Shown here piece by piece: positions 26,703 to 36,151 of a stretch of 64,000 nucleotides of DNA. This stretch comes from a virus. The stretch's first letter is position 1. Every line of letters starts with the position of its first letter. A program made the translations under genes and the position numbers. The notes under the pieces are model-generated. The model was not told the origin of the DNA and did not search any database. It was given only the letters and a program-made list of their open reading frames with translations. Location: the IMG/VR virus record IMGVR_UViG_3300038393_002936, one strand, 5' to 3'.

Positions 26703-28406
26703 ATGCGAATCCCGAACGGGGCCGTCTTAGGGGCGGCCCTTATTCTTTGTGGACCCACGACCCAGGCTGTCGCAGCCGAGCCGGCTCTGGCCCCTGCCCC
26801 GGTTCTGGTGGCTTCGCCGGACTCCGAGCTCGCCGCGTGCCAGGCCTTTCTGGACAAGCGGGCTCAAGCCGGGGATGACCGCGTCAATTATTATTTGTTT
26901 TTCACGAACTACACGATTCCACTCAAGTGGACGTGGAAGAACGAGGAAGTCGAGCTTCGCCGCCAGGCCGAGCTTGCCCTCCCGTACGTACTAAACTCGC
27001 TGGCCGGCGTTCATGCAGACTCATTCATCGTCAAACCTAAACGGCTTCCAGGCTCGGATACTATTTGGTACGTGGACATCGAGGATTTCGGCTGGTCCAA
27101 GGAAGACGTGAACGCGGTCGCCCGACTATCTCCCTATTTCTTGAACCCGGTAGTTGACGCCACCAATACGACCATCCTGTTGCGGACCGACTGGTTCCTG
27201 GTCTACGCCACGGACAATACGAAGTTGAACGACCGGGGCATCAAAACTATCCCGTACTACGTACTCCAATACGGGCTCGGGAAGGAACCGGCCAACAAGG
27301 ACGATTTTTTGAAGACTTGGGAAATTGACGAAAAACGAGCGCAGGCCCGAAATATTTTGACCGGGACTATCGTGGACGCTGGGGACAGCGGGGTCTCGAG
27401 TCATACGCGGCAACTGGGGCGGGCCCGGACTGACCTTGGTTATTACTGGTTTACGAAGGACGTCAAGTCGCACGACGTGGACCCGGACGCGGTCCAGAGT
27501 CGGGACTATCTGGAAGAACTGAAGGCCGCCCGGGTGGACGCCGGGGAATACATCGCCACGAACAAGCGACGGCTCCAGACCTACTTTTTGACGGCGGGTA
27601 CGGCGAGCAATTTTAAGCGGGTCGAGGACGGCGACACGGGAATTGTGGTGGACCGCCAGGACGCTCACGACGTGCGGGTCCGGACCGCCAAATCGTGCAT
27701 CGTTTGTCATAGTTTCGGCATCATCCCGTACACGAACGCTTTCCGGGAATTGTTGGCGAAGGGCGGGAAGCTCTATGCGAAGGACAAGGTTCGCGAGCGG
27801 GAACTCCGGTCGTTCTACCTGACCTACAAGAACGGCGAGGAGGTGAAGCAGGATAACGACCTGTTCGCGGCGGCCGTGGTCGAGTGCAACGGGCTGAGCC
27901 CCGAGGACAACCTGAAGGCCTACCTGAGCGTTTACGAGTGGTACTGGACGCAGAAAGTGGGCCTCGAGCAGGCGGCGACCGAGTTCGGGGTCATGCCCGC
28001 GGAGCTCAAGGCGGGCATCCAGGGAGCGACGACCGCCCGGCTCGTCCAGTTGCACCAGGGCAAGGCCATCCCGCGGGAAATCTGGGACAGTCCCAATTTT
28101 GGCGGATACGTGCAGGTGGGGCTGTTTCTGAAGCGAATTGACGGAACTCGCCTGAAACAGTCGTCTCCGACGACAGGAGCCCAAGAGGCTCCACTCCGGC
28201 AGGGAAGTGAGGATGGCACTGTCCCTCTCCTGCCGGAAAAATCTGTGGGGGTCGTTCAGACTCTACTGGTGGACAAAGACGACAAACCGGTGGTGTATTT
28301 AAATAAGGGGACCACCGTCACGGTCTTAAAAGATTATGATGAAGATTGGTGCAAGGTGCGGGTCGGTCAACACCAGGGGTACGTTCGCCGGGCTCATTTG
28401 AGGTGA
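26703..28406 (+). CDS. exported planctomycete-type protein with CxxCH motif and C-terminal SH3 domain
   Basis: Signal peptide; SGVS..R...GYYW..D, GEYI, SCIVCH; KGTTVTVL...WCKV....GYV. Confidence 0.75.
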   Translation: MRIPNGAVLGAALILCGPTTQAVAAEPALAPAPVLVASPDSELAACQAFLDKRAQAGDDRVNYYLFFTNYTIPLKWTWKNEEVELRRQAELALPYVLNSLAGVHADSFIVKPKRLPGSDTIWYVDIEDFGWSKEDVNAVARLSPYFLNPVVDATNTTILLRTDWFLVYATDNTKLNDRGIKTIPYYVLQYGLGKEPANKDDFLKTWEIDEKRAQARNILTGTIVDAGDSGVSSHTRQLGRARTDLGYYWFTKDVKSHDVDPDAVQSRDYLEELKAARVDAGEYIATNKRRLQTYFLTAGTASNFKRVEDGDTGIVVDRQDAHDVRVRTAKSCIVCHSFGIIPYTNAFRELLAKGGKLYAKDKVRERELRSFYLTYKNGEEVKQDNDLFAAAVVECNGLSPEDNLKAYLSVYEWYWTQKVGLEQAATEFGVMPAELKAGIQGATTARLVQLHQGKAIPREIWDSPNFGGYVQVGLFLKRIDGTRLKQSSPTTGAQEAPLRQGSEDGTVPLLPEKSVGVVQTLLVDKDDKPVVYLNKGTTVTVLKDYDEDWCKVRVGQHQGYVRRAHLR

Positions 28407-28408
28407 GT

Positions 28409-28990
28409 ATGCGGAAGTTGTTGACAATCATTGTTGTGGTGGTGAGTGGGTCCCTCGCCCTGGCTCAAAATTACGGCTACCAGCAGTACAATTATCGGAC
28501 GAAGACGGTTGTGGTCGGCGTGCCCCTTGCTCCGGACTACTATTATAGCGTGGGTGACGGTGACCCCGAAGAGCACGCCAAGCGTATCGCGGACGAGGTC
28601 TTGAAGCGACTCAAGAAGGAATTTGTTACGGCCGGCGAAGTGGAGACCAAGCCGGCCCCCTTGGACCGCTCCGCTTTCCAGGTCTTGGGCAAGCCGAACG
28701 ACCTCGACAATAAAGTCCTGGCTCTCTTCAACGATAGTTGTGTGAAGTGCCACAAGCCCGGTGCGAACAAGCCGGGTAATATCCAGTTGTTCACGAGTGA
28801 CCGCCGGCTGTGGGTGGACCCGGACCCGAAAAGGGAGCTGGTCAGGCGGGAAACGGTGTATTCCTCTATTGACCATAGCGTCGGTGGGTCCATGCCGAAG
28901 GGACAGCCGCCCCTCCCAATGGCCAAGTTGGACATCATCAAGGAATGGGTCGATACAACCAAATCCGTGGCCCAGAGAGGTTCGAAATGA
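28409..28990 (+). CDS. exported c-type cytochrome domain protein
   Basis: Signal peptide; CVKCH...SMPK..PPL...I.EWV (His/Met-type). Confidence 0.75.
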   Translation: MRKLLTIIVVVVSGSLALAQNYGYQQYNYRTKTVVVGVPLAPDYYYSVGDGDPEEHAKRIADEVLKRLKKEFVTAGEVETKPAPLDRSAFQVLGKPNDLDNKVLALFNDSCVKCHKPGANKPGNIQLFTSDRRLWVDPDPKRELVRRETVYSSIDHSVGGSMPKGQPPLPMAKLDIIKEWVDTTKSVAQRGSK

Positions 28991-29298
28991 AGCGATTCGC
29001 GATTGTGGTAGGGGCGGTCTTGGGGTTCGCCGGTCTGGCGACGGCTCAGCATTGTCGGGTCGCGGCCCCGGTTTATCAGGGGTCAACCTACTATGGAACC
29101 CCGGCTTACACCGCTCCGGTATACTATCCGCCGACCAATGAGGTCGAGCTGGTCATCGCTCACCCCGTCTTTAATGCGGTCAAGACTATTACGGTCACAG
29201 AGCATCAAGTGCTCGTGCCGCACGTCCAGACCGGGGTGGCGGTCACTCAGGAAGTCCAGTCAACAACGAAGAAAGTCCTAGTTTTGAAAGCTCGGTAA
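28987..29298 (+). CDS. exported Val/Tyr/Pro-rich protein
   Basis: MKRFAIVVGAVLGFAGLATAQ signal. Confidence 0.6.
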   Translation: MKRFAIVVGAVLGFAGLATAQHCRVAAPVYQGSTYYGTPAYTAPVYYPPTNEVELVIAHPVFNAVKTITVTEHQVLVPHVQTGVAVTQEVQSTTKKVLVLKAR

Positions 29299-29349
29299 GT
29301 AATTAGAGTGATGTCTCGCTCAAGAAGCGGGAAAACTCACAGGAGCGAA

Positions 29350-29775
29350 ATGAAGAGTCTTTTCAGCACGATGGTGGTTCTGGTCGCGGGGGCTGCGGGG
29401 TCTGCCTGCGATAAACCGGTTCAGGTTCAGCTTGCTGACCCCGCCCCGGTCAAGGTTGTGGCGGTCGCGGCCGTTCCCGCGGGGAATTACTGTCAGCAGG
29501 CGAAGGTGGCCCTGGCGAATGCCAACTATGCCAACACGGTTCAGCTGGTCGCGGCTCCGGTCCGGACGGTTCGGGTGGTCAACACGCACGCGGTGGCTGT
29601 CGCCGCTACTCACAATGTGGCGGTGGTGAACACCCACACCAAGGTGGGCTTGGCGGCTCCGGCCAACAACGGGGTGAACGTGACGGTGGTCAACCAGCCC
29701 CAGCAGCGACAGGGGTTCCTCGGTCGCCTTCTGGGGCGGAACCGGACGAAGACGAAGGTTGTGGTTCGTCAGTAA
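29350..29775 (+). CDS. exported Val/Ala-rich protein
   Basis: AGGAG RBS; signal peptide. Confidence 0.6.
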   Translation: MKSLFSTMVVLVAGAAGSACDKPVQVQLADPAPVKVVAVAAVPAGNYCQQAKVALANANYANTVQLVAAPVRTVRVVNTHAVAVAATHNVAVVNTHTKVGLAAPANNGVNVTVVNQPQQRQGFLGRLLGRNRTKTKVVVRQ

Positions 29776-29850
29776 TTTCTTGCCCCGTCCGGCCAGCCGA
29801 GAGTCGCCGGCGGGGATAATACTGGGACTGGGTTACCCGGTCGACGAGTG

Positions 29851-29881
29851 GCCCCGGTGAAAGCCGGGGCTTCTTGTTTTT
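29851..29881 (+). terminator. rho-independent terminator
   Basis: gccccgg-tgaaag-ccggggc followed by ttcttgttttt. Confidence 0.75.
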
Positions 29882-30031
29882 CCAGAACATTTTCGTTTGC
29901 GATAGCGGGCGTTAGCCCCTACACCGCTCCCCCTCCTGCCGGACCGTTTTTATGCTTCCGACCGTTGACCCGTCAGGGTCAGGTCAGGGGGTATTAGACT
30001 CTCTGCCCCTTTTTCCCCGGCAGGGTAATCC

Positions 30032-33000
30032 ATGTCCGTCGCAGAGCTGCAAAAGTACACAGCCGTCTCAAAATACGCTCGCCATCTAAAGGACCAGGGT
30101 CGTCGCGAAGTCTGGTCGGAAACGGTCGAGCGGTCCAAGCAGATGATGACGGAGAAATATCCGGGGCGGGCGGTTCAGATTCGCCGGCTGTATGACGAAT
30201 TCGTGTTGCCGATGAAGGTCCTTCCGAGTATGCGAGGACTTCAGTTCGGTGGGCCGCCGCTTTTTAAGCACAATAGCCGCATTTTTAATTGTTGGGGAAG
30301 CTATGTCGACCGACTCAGTTTTTTTGGCGAAGCATTTTACATTTTGCTGTGCGGCGGCGGGGTTGGGTATTCGGTTCAGGTTTGCCACATGCGGAGCCTG
30401 CCGAATTTCAGCCGGGCTCGGCTCACGGGGCGGTCGCTCCCGAAAAAGGTTTACCGGCCCGACGACAGCATTGAGGGGTGGGCGAACTGCGGCCACGTCC
30501 AGATGTCCTCCTATCACGAACGCCCGGTTCCCGGCTTCGAGGAATGGATGGACTGCGATGTGGAATTCGACCTGTCCGGCATTCGCAAGAAGAATTCTCC
30601 ACTGTCGTACGGAGTCGGCCGGGCCCCGGGGCCGATGCCCCTCGGAAAGGCCCTGAAACGGAACAAGAAATTGCTGGACATGGCCGTCGGGTCTGGGCTG
30701 ACCCGGATGACGGACGAGCTGGCCAGTGACGTTCACCTGAATAACTCGGACGCGGTGGTGTCGGGCGGAGTTCGGCGGTCGGCCAATATCTGTTTGTTCG
30801 ACCTCCGGTCCGAGCGGATGCGGCGGTACAAGACCGGGGACTGGCGAAGTACACGGGACCAGCGAGCTCGTGCCAATATCTCGGCTGTTCTTGTTCGTGG
30901 ACAGGTCAACTGGGAACAGTTCTGGGAACTGTTTGGGGCCACCAAGGAATTCGGGGAACCCGGGTTTTGGTGGTGCGACCACGAGGACTATATAACAAAT
31001 CCTTGTCAGCCGGCATTTGCACCCATCATCACGCCAGACGGTCTTCGGACAATGGGGGATATCGAAGTCGGCTCCAGGATTTGGACCGAGACCGGTTGGG
31101 CGACTGTCGTTAAAAAATGGAGTACGGGTGTCAAGCCTGTGTTTCGTTATCGAACGGCGGCCGGCACGTTTATTGGTACGGCCAACCACCGCATTCTTCA
31201 AAATGGGCAAAAGGTCGAGGCTGGGAACGCGTCGGCTATCGACACACTCGCCGGTCCTGCCGATTTGCCGGTGGAGCACGACGCACAACTTATCATGGAT
31301 GGGCTCGTTCTGGGTGACGGGACTGTCCACAAGGCTTCCGGTGACTTGATTTTGCTTTGTATCGGCAAATACGATACTTCTTATCACGACTCGGAAATCC
31401 GTCATCTGGTAGGTATTTACCGCCCTGGTGTTTCGAAGTACATGTGGGAAGTCGCGACAGGGCTATTGCCTTCGGAATTGCCCCGGACATTCGAGCGTCG
31501 TATTCCGGACCGTTATAAATTCTCGGATGTGGCTTCCGTCCGGAGTTTTCTGCGGGGTCTTTTCTCGGCGAACGGAAGTGTGGTCGGCAAGGGGAAGCTG
31601 GGCCGGGCCACCCTCAAGACCTCGAGTCGGCAAATTGCCGACGATGTCCAGTTGATGCTTTCGTTGGTTGGCATCCGGTCGTACGTCACCGTGAACAAGC
31701 CGGCAGTTGTTTCGTTCAAAAACGGCGACTACAAGTGCAAGCAGAGTTACGACGTGAATATCTCTGCGGACCTCGGCCGGTTTGCCCAGACCATCGGATT
31801 TCTCCAGCCCTACAAGCGGGACAAGTTGTGGGTCGCGGTCGAGGCGAGACTGACCGTAGAAAACCTACGCCCTAAGACGACTTATGAGATTACTGAGGCC
31901 GAGCCTCTCGGGGAGATGGAAGTTTTTGATATTACGGTCGATAACGAACCGCATACTTACTGGACCGGCGGCTGCAATGTTTCGAACTGTGCTGAGATTC
32001 AATTTTACGCCAGACTGTTGCTCGAGCGAGGCCACCCAGACTTGGCCCGCCTTCTCCTGAAGTACGACGGCCCGCTGGTCAAGGTGGATGGGAAGGTCGG
32101 GCTTTCAGGGTGGCAGGCGTGCAATTTGACCACGCAGAACGGCAAACTGGTCAAAACCCCGGAAGACCTTTACGAGTTGTCGGACGCGGCAGCCGAGCTC
32201 GGGACCTACCAGGCCGGCTTCACCAGCTTCCCGTATCTGGGCGAGATTACCGAGCGGATTGTCGAAAAAGAGGCCCTTCTCGGGGTATCCATCGCCGGGG
32301 TCATGCACAATCCGGCGGTGATGCTGGAGCCTGCGGTTCTGCAAGAGGCCGCCCGCCGGGTACGACTTCGGAACCAAGAGACGGCTGATGCCATCGGGAT
32401 AAATAGGGCCGCTCGGCTGACGTGCGAAAAGCCGGACGGGAATTCGGCCTGTACACTCGGTTCGTTCAGCGGGGCTCATCCAGGCAAGATTCGCCGCGGG
32501 TTCCGGATGACCCAAGAGAACAAAGGCGGCGTCCCGTACCAATTCTTTAAGTCGGTCAATCCGGAAGCCTGCGAACCCTCGTGTTGGAATCCGAACCAGA
32601 CGGACGACGTGATTCGGTTCTGTGTCGAGTACGACGGACTCCTCGAGGATGACATGACCGCCCTCGAGTTCCTCGGGCACGTCCGGACGCTCCGAAAGCA
32701 CTGGGTCGAGGCCGGGACTGTGCCGGAGCGGTGTAGCCGACCAGGCCTAACCCACAACGTGAGCTGCACGGTCAAGGTCCGAAACCACGAATGGGGAGGC
32801 GTGGCGAGGGAGATTTTCGTCAAGCAGCAGGATTTCGGCGGCGTCTCGTTCATTTCGGACTACGGGGACCGGGACTATCCACAGGCCCCCTTCACTCCGG
32901 TCTTTCTTCCGGACGAACTCCTGAAAATGTACGGCGGTCACGGCGTGGTTCGGGCCGGGGATATGGTCGACATCCTTCCTGCCGGACCGAGCTTCCGTCT

Positions 33001-33271
33001 GTGGGACTGGTGCGATATGGCTTTGGGGATTCGGGAGAAGACGGAAGAAGCCGCTGATTGGCTGGAGCAGTTCCGGCAGGTAAGTGAGGGGGTGTTCGGT
33101 GGAGACGTTCGGCGAACTACGTATGCGGTGAAGGACGTATTTAACTTGCGATTGTGGCAGCACCTGCGAAGCACCTACCGACCGGTTGACTACACAGAAA
33201 TGAAGGAAGAAGTGGGCGGGGTGAATTTCCAAGGGGAAATTTCTTGTGCGGCCGGGGCGTGCGAGACCTAG
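30032..33271 (+). CDS. nrdJ: class II (B12-dependent, monomeric-type) ribonucleotide reductase with intein
   Basis: LPSMRGLQFGG, GGGVG, GGVRRSA, spliced NP/CAEI, C-terminal CAAGAC. Confidence 0.9.
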   Translation: MSVAELQKYTAVSKYARHLKDQGRREVWSETVERSKQMMTEKYPGRAVQIRRLYDEFVLPMKVLPSMRGLQFGGPPLFKHNSRIFNCWGSYVDRLSFFGEAFYILLCGGGVGYSVQVCHMRSLPNFSRARLTGRSLPKKVYRPDDSIEGWANCGHVQMSSYHERPVPGFEEWMDCDVEFDLSGIRKKNSPLSYGVGRAPGPMPLGKALKRNKKLLDMAVGSGLTRMTDELASDVHLNNSDAVVSGGVRRSANICLFDLRSERMRRYKTGDWRSTRDQRARANISAVLVRGQVNWEQFWELFGATKEFGEPGFWWCDHEDYITNPCQPAFAPIITPDGLRTMGDIEVGSRIWTETGWATVVKKWSTGVKPVFRYRTAAGTFIGTANHRILQNGQKVEAGNASAIDTLAGPADLPVEHDAQLIMDGLVLGDGTVHKASGDLILLCIGKYDTSYHDSEIRHLVGIYRPGVSKYMWEVATGLLPSELPRTFERRIPDRYKFSDVASVRSFLRGLFSANGSVVGKGKLGRATLKTSSRQIADDVQLMLSLVGIRSYVTVNKPAVVSFKNGDYKCKQSYDVNISADLGRFAQTIGFLQPYKRDKLWVAVEARLTVENLRPKTTYEITEAEPLGEMEVFDITVDNEPHTYWTGGCNVSNCAEIQFYARLLLERGHPDLARLLLKYDGPLVKVDGKVGLSGWQACNLTTQNGKLVKTPEDLYELSDAAAELGTYQAGFTSFPYLGEITERIVEKEALLGVSIAGVMHNPAVMLEPAVLQEAARRVRLRNQETADAIGINRAARLTCEKPDGNSACTLGSFSGAHPGKIRRGFRMTQENKGGVPYQFFKSVNPEACEPSCWNPNQTDDVIRFCVEYDGLLEDDMTALEFLGHVRTLRKHWVEAGTVPERCSRPGLTHNVSCTVKVRNHEWGGVAREIFVKQQDFGGVSFISDYGDRDYPQAPFTPVFLPDELLKMYGGHGVVRAGDMVDILPAGPSFRLWDWCDMALGIREKTEEAADWLEQFRQVSEGVFGGDVRRTTYAVKDVFNLRLWQHLRSTYRPVDYTEMKEEVGGVNFQGEISCAAGACET
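31004..31987 (+). mobile_element. LAGLIDADG intein (328 aa) at the RNR catalytic NPCxE site
   Basis: Starts CQPAFAPIITPDG, ends VFDITV...VSN before Cys; DGLVLGDG and RGLFSANG blocks. Confidence 0.92.
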
Positions 33272-33311
33272 GCGGCTCTGCCGCCGTCAGCGAAGCTGAC
33301 CAACTTTTGCC

Positions 33312-33340
33312 TTGACAGCCTCTTTTACAGTGTATATAAA
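33312..33340 (+). promoter_or_regulatory. near-consensus sigma70 promoter
   Basis: TTGACA-N17-TATAAA. Confidence 0.8.
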
Positions 33341-33419
33341 TAAGAGTAGCGAGGGTTCGGTCGCTCCCGGACTTCGTCGCACGCTTCTTAAGTGAGAACT
33401 GAGTCCAAAGGACGACGCT

Positions 33420-33842
33420 ATGCCCGATACTCAGCAGAACCCGATTCGTCTCGACGCCAACGGCAACCTGGTCGACAACCACTTTACGTTCCTGAACGGC
33501 CCCCAAGGCCCCGTTCCGTTCAACGGCGTGGCCGGCGGCGGAGAAACCACGTACACCTCGCCCATCGCGCAGGTGACCGGGGTGACTCCGACCGCCCAGA
33601 CTGGGGCGATTAGTGTTGCGTTCAGTACCGTGACGAACGCTGACCGCTACCAGCTCGTCTACTGGGACAACAAGACCCCCAATACCAAGCTGTCCGCCTG
33701 GGGGACCGCTTCGCCCATCATCGCCCCGAACCTGACCAGTGGGCACAGCTATACTGTGCAAATTTTGGCAGAAGTCGATTATGGGAGGGGTGAGTTCTGT
33801 CAAGGTCCCCTGTCGGGGACAGGGTCCGCTACGGCTCTGTAA
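33420..33842 (+). CDS. fibronectin type III-like protein
   Basis: ISVAFSTV.NADRYQLVY...LTSGHSYTVQI. Confidence 0.7.
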   Translation: MPDTQQNPIRLDANGNLVDNHFTFLNGPQGPVPFNGVAGGGETTYTSPIAQVTGVTPTAQTGAISVAFSTVTNADRYQLVYWDNKTPNTKLSAWGTASPIIAPNLTSGHSYTVQILAEVDYGRGEFCQGPLSGTGSATAL

Positions 33843-33883
33843 GTAAGCCTTCGGCTTACGCTGGCGCAACTGCGAAGTTCCTC

Positions 33884-33913
33884 GAGCGGGTCGGTTTGGC
33901 CCGCTCTCTTTTT
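33884..33913 (+). terminator. rho-independent terminator
   Basis: gagcgggtc-ggttt-ggcccgctc followed by tcttttt. Confidence 0.7.
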
Positions 33914-34001
33914 CGAAACGCTTAATAGGGGGGATTGCATGGTTCGCTTCGCTCACTGGTAAAACAGTGTCGTCGGTATAATTCACAGTAACCCCAGGAG
34001 G

Positions 34002-34442
34002 ATGGAAGTGTCAGCACGAAGTAAGCTGGTCGCCCTGTGTCTGCTCGGGTCTGTTGGTTGTGGGTGGTTCGGCGAAGGTGCTCGGGTCGCCCGCCAGGAA
34101 TTCGGCCCGGCCGCTCTGCTCAAGAAGTATGAATTGTTCAAGGACCAGGTCGCAGCCCTGGACGCCAAGCGGGCGGACATCGAGGTTTATGAGGTCCAAC
34201 TCGCCTCGGTCAAGGCCTCGCTCGCCGAAGTCCCCCGGAAGGACTGGCCACGGCACGAGGTCGAGCGGATTTCCCTGCTGGAACTAGAGGTGGCCGCACT
34301 TAAATCGAGCTATAACCAGCTTTGTTCTAATTACAATTCGAATATGGCCAAGGACAATTATCGGTTCGCCAATGTGGGCGAGTTGCCTCCGGGGGCAACC
34401 CAGCCGCTTCCGCGTGAGTTCCGGGCGTACGTAACCAAGTAG
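34002..34442 (+). CDS. putative lipoprotein, coiled-coil
   Basis: AGGAGG RBS; LLGSVGC lipobox-like. Confidence 0.7.
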   Translation: MEVSARSKLVALCLLGSVGCGWFGEGARVARQEFGPAALLKKYELFKDQVAALDAKRADIEVYEVQLASVKASLAEVPRKDWPRHEVERISLLELEVAALKSSYNQLCSNYNSNMAKDNYRFANVGELPPGATQPLPREFRAYVTK

Positions 34443-34490
34443 TGGCATTCTCCACTTGAACAAACCCGACTTTCCGGCAGAGGAGTTCTT

Positions 34491-35069
34491 ATGAATAAGT
34501 TTTTGGCGATTGCGGCGGCCATCAGTTTTGGTCTCACAGGCTGCGGCAGCCACAGCGGCGGCCCGGTGGTTCAGACCAAATCGGCCTCGGGCGTGTCCCA
34601 GACGACGGCCGAGGTCAAGACCGATGAAAAGGGCCACACTACGGAACAGAACAATATTATCGAGCGGCTTAAGCGGGATAACGAGCCGGGTAGTATCAAG
34701 CACCTTTATCTGATTTCCGCTCACTCCGGACAGGTCATCCTGTACAGCCCGGTTAAGGGTAAGGTGACCAGTAGTGGGAAGCGACTGACCCCAACTTCCG
34801 TAGCGGCCGGTCAGCATTCGTCGCAGGGTTACAACGAGCTTCCTTACGGGATTCCGGTAAACCTGAGTGGCAATAGATATCGCACGACCGAAGTTTTGCA
34901 AGACGACGGGACTTATGGCTCCAGTATTGAGTACCTCTACTGGTTTAGCCCAAACGGTCGATTTTATCAAATTTACCGGTCGGCCGGAACGGAAATTGTG
35001 ATAAGCGACCAGCCGATTGCCGCCATCAAGAACATTACCATGAACCTCGAAATCACGGAGAAAAAGTGA
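34491..35069 (+). CDS. putative lipoprotein
   Basis: FGLTGC lipobox; EQNNI..RL...VKGKVTSSGKRLTP. Confidence 0.75.
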   Translation: MNKFLAIAAAISFGLTGCGSHSGGPVVQTKSASGVSQTTAEVKTDEKGHTTEQNNIIERLKRDNEPGSIKHLYLISAHSGQVILYSPVKGKVTSSGKRLTPTSVAAGQHSSQGYNELPYGIPVNLSGNRYRTTEVLQDDGTYGSSIEYLYWFSPNGRFYQIYRSAGTEIVISDQPIAAIKNITMNLEITEKK

Positions 35070-35392
35070 AAATTACCACTATTACTCTGAGCCGTCTGCG
35101 GTCCTACGGCTCCTACGACAACGTGCGGTTCGAAGCCACCGCGGTCATCGACGAAGGAGAATCCGAGCACGATGCGGCCGATGTTCTAGCTCGTTTTGTC
35201 GATTTTCAACTCGACAAGCTGGTTGATGGGCAAACTCAACGTGACTATACGAAAAATGAGTCTCAGCAACTGGAATGGGATTTGAAAGACAAGAAGGCCG
35301 AGCTCGAAACCTTGCAGGAAAAGGCCACGAAGGTAGTCGAATTTCTTGAACGGCACGGGGTTAACGGCATCCGGTCTGAACTGCCTTTCTGA
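35066..35392 (+). CDS. hypothetical protein
   Basis: GTGA overlap. Confidence 0.6.
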   Translation: MKITTITLSRLRSYGSYDNVRFEATAVIDEGESEHDAADVLARFVDFQLDKLVDGQTQRDYTKNESQQLEWDLKDKKAELETLQEKATKVVEFLERHGVNGIRSELPF

Positions 35393-35491
35393 TGCCAGAA
35401 GCCGCGCAAATTCTGGGGGCCAGTCTTTTTATCGGCTGGCTCTCTTTACGCCTCGGACCGCCCTTGTTGTTTATCGGCGACTTCCTCATGA

Positions 35492-36151
35492 ATGGAAGGA
35501 CCATCCGTGAACATCCTCGAACTACTAAAGAGCCTCCCGCACCATGCGAGCCCGGGAACTGACTGGTTGTGTAGTGAGCACCAGTACCCTTGGTACGCGA
35601 GAGTCTTCCAGACTCTCAGCCCCAAATCCATTTTAGAAATCGGGACATTTTTGGGGTACAGCCTGGCAACCGCTGCTGTAGCACTGCCGGAACTGGACCG
35701 GGTCGAGTGGGTAGATAATGAAGCCTATCTGGAAGGCTCGAACCGACTGGCCGCCGAGAACATTCGGGTGGCCCGGGAGCGAGCCGGATATCGCCCGCTT
35801 ATCTCCTGGTCGTGTCGGGAAATTCCGCTCGATGCGGCCGAACGCCAGTCGTATATGGAACTGGTTCACATCGACGGGGACCATAGAAAGGATTGTGTGC
35901 TCCGGGACCTCCAGTATGCGTTTCAGGTCGGCACTTCGTGCATTATCGGTCACGATTATAAGCTAGAAGGTGGGGTCCGGGAGGCGGTCGTCGAGACCTG
36001 CAACAGACTGGACATCCTCCATTATGTGCTGGATGACTTTACTCACGGCCTGTTCGTAATTCCACTAGTAGACCACGCCAGTGTCTTAATGAAGTTGGCT
36101 CGTGCCCGAGTCGGGCGGATTTCCGTGATGCCCCCGCATGGGGGTAAATAA
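35492..36151 (+). CDS. class I SAM-dependent methyltransferase (Methyltransf_24-like)
   Basis: ILEIGTFLGYS; LVHIDGDH; IIGHDY. Confidence 0.85.
   Translation: MEGPSVNILELLKSLPHHASPGTDWLCSEHQYPWYARVFQTLSPKSILEIGTFLGYSLATAAVALPELDRVEWVDNEAYLEGSNRLAAENIRVARERAGYRPLISWSCREIPLDAAERQSYMELVHIDGDHRKDCVLRDLQYAFQVGTSCIIGHDYKLEGGVREAVVETCNRLDILHYVLDDFTHGLFVIPLVDHASVLMKLARARVGRISVMPPHGGK

Noticed and set aside
33920-33990. Integron attC site suggested by TTCGCTTCGCTCACTGG
   Set aside because: No RYYYAAC...GTTRRRY boxes or extended palindrome; no integrase seen
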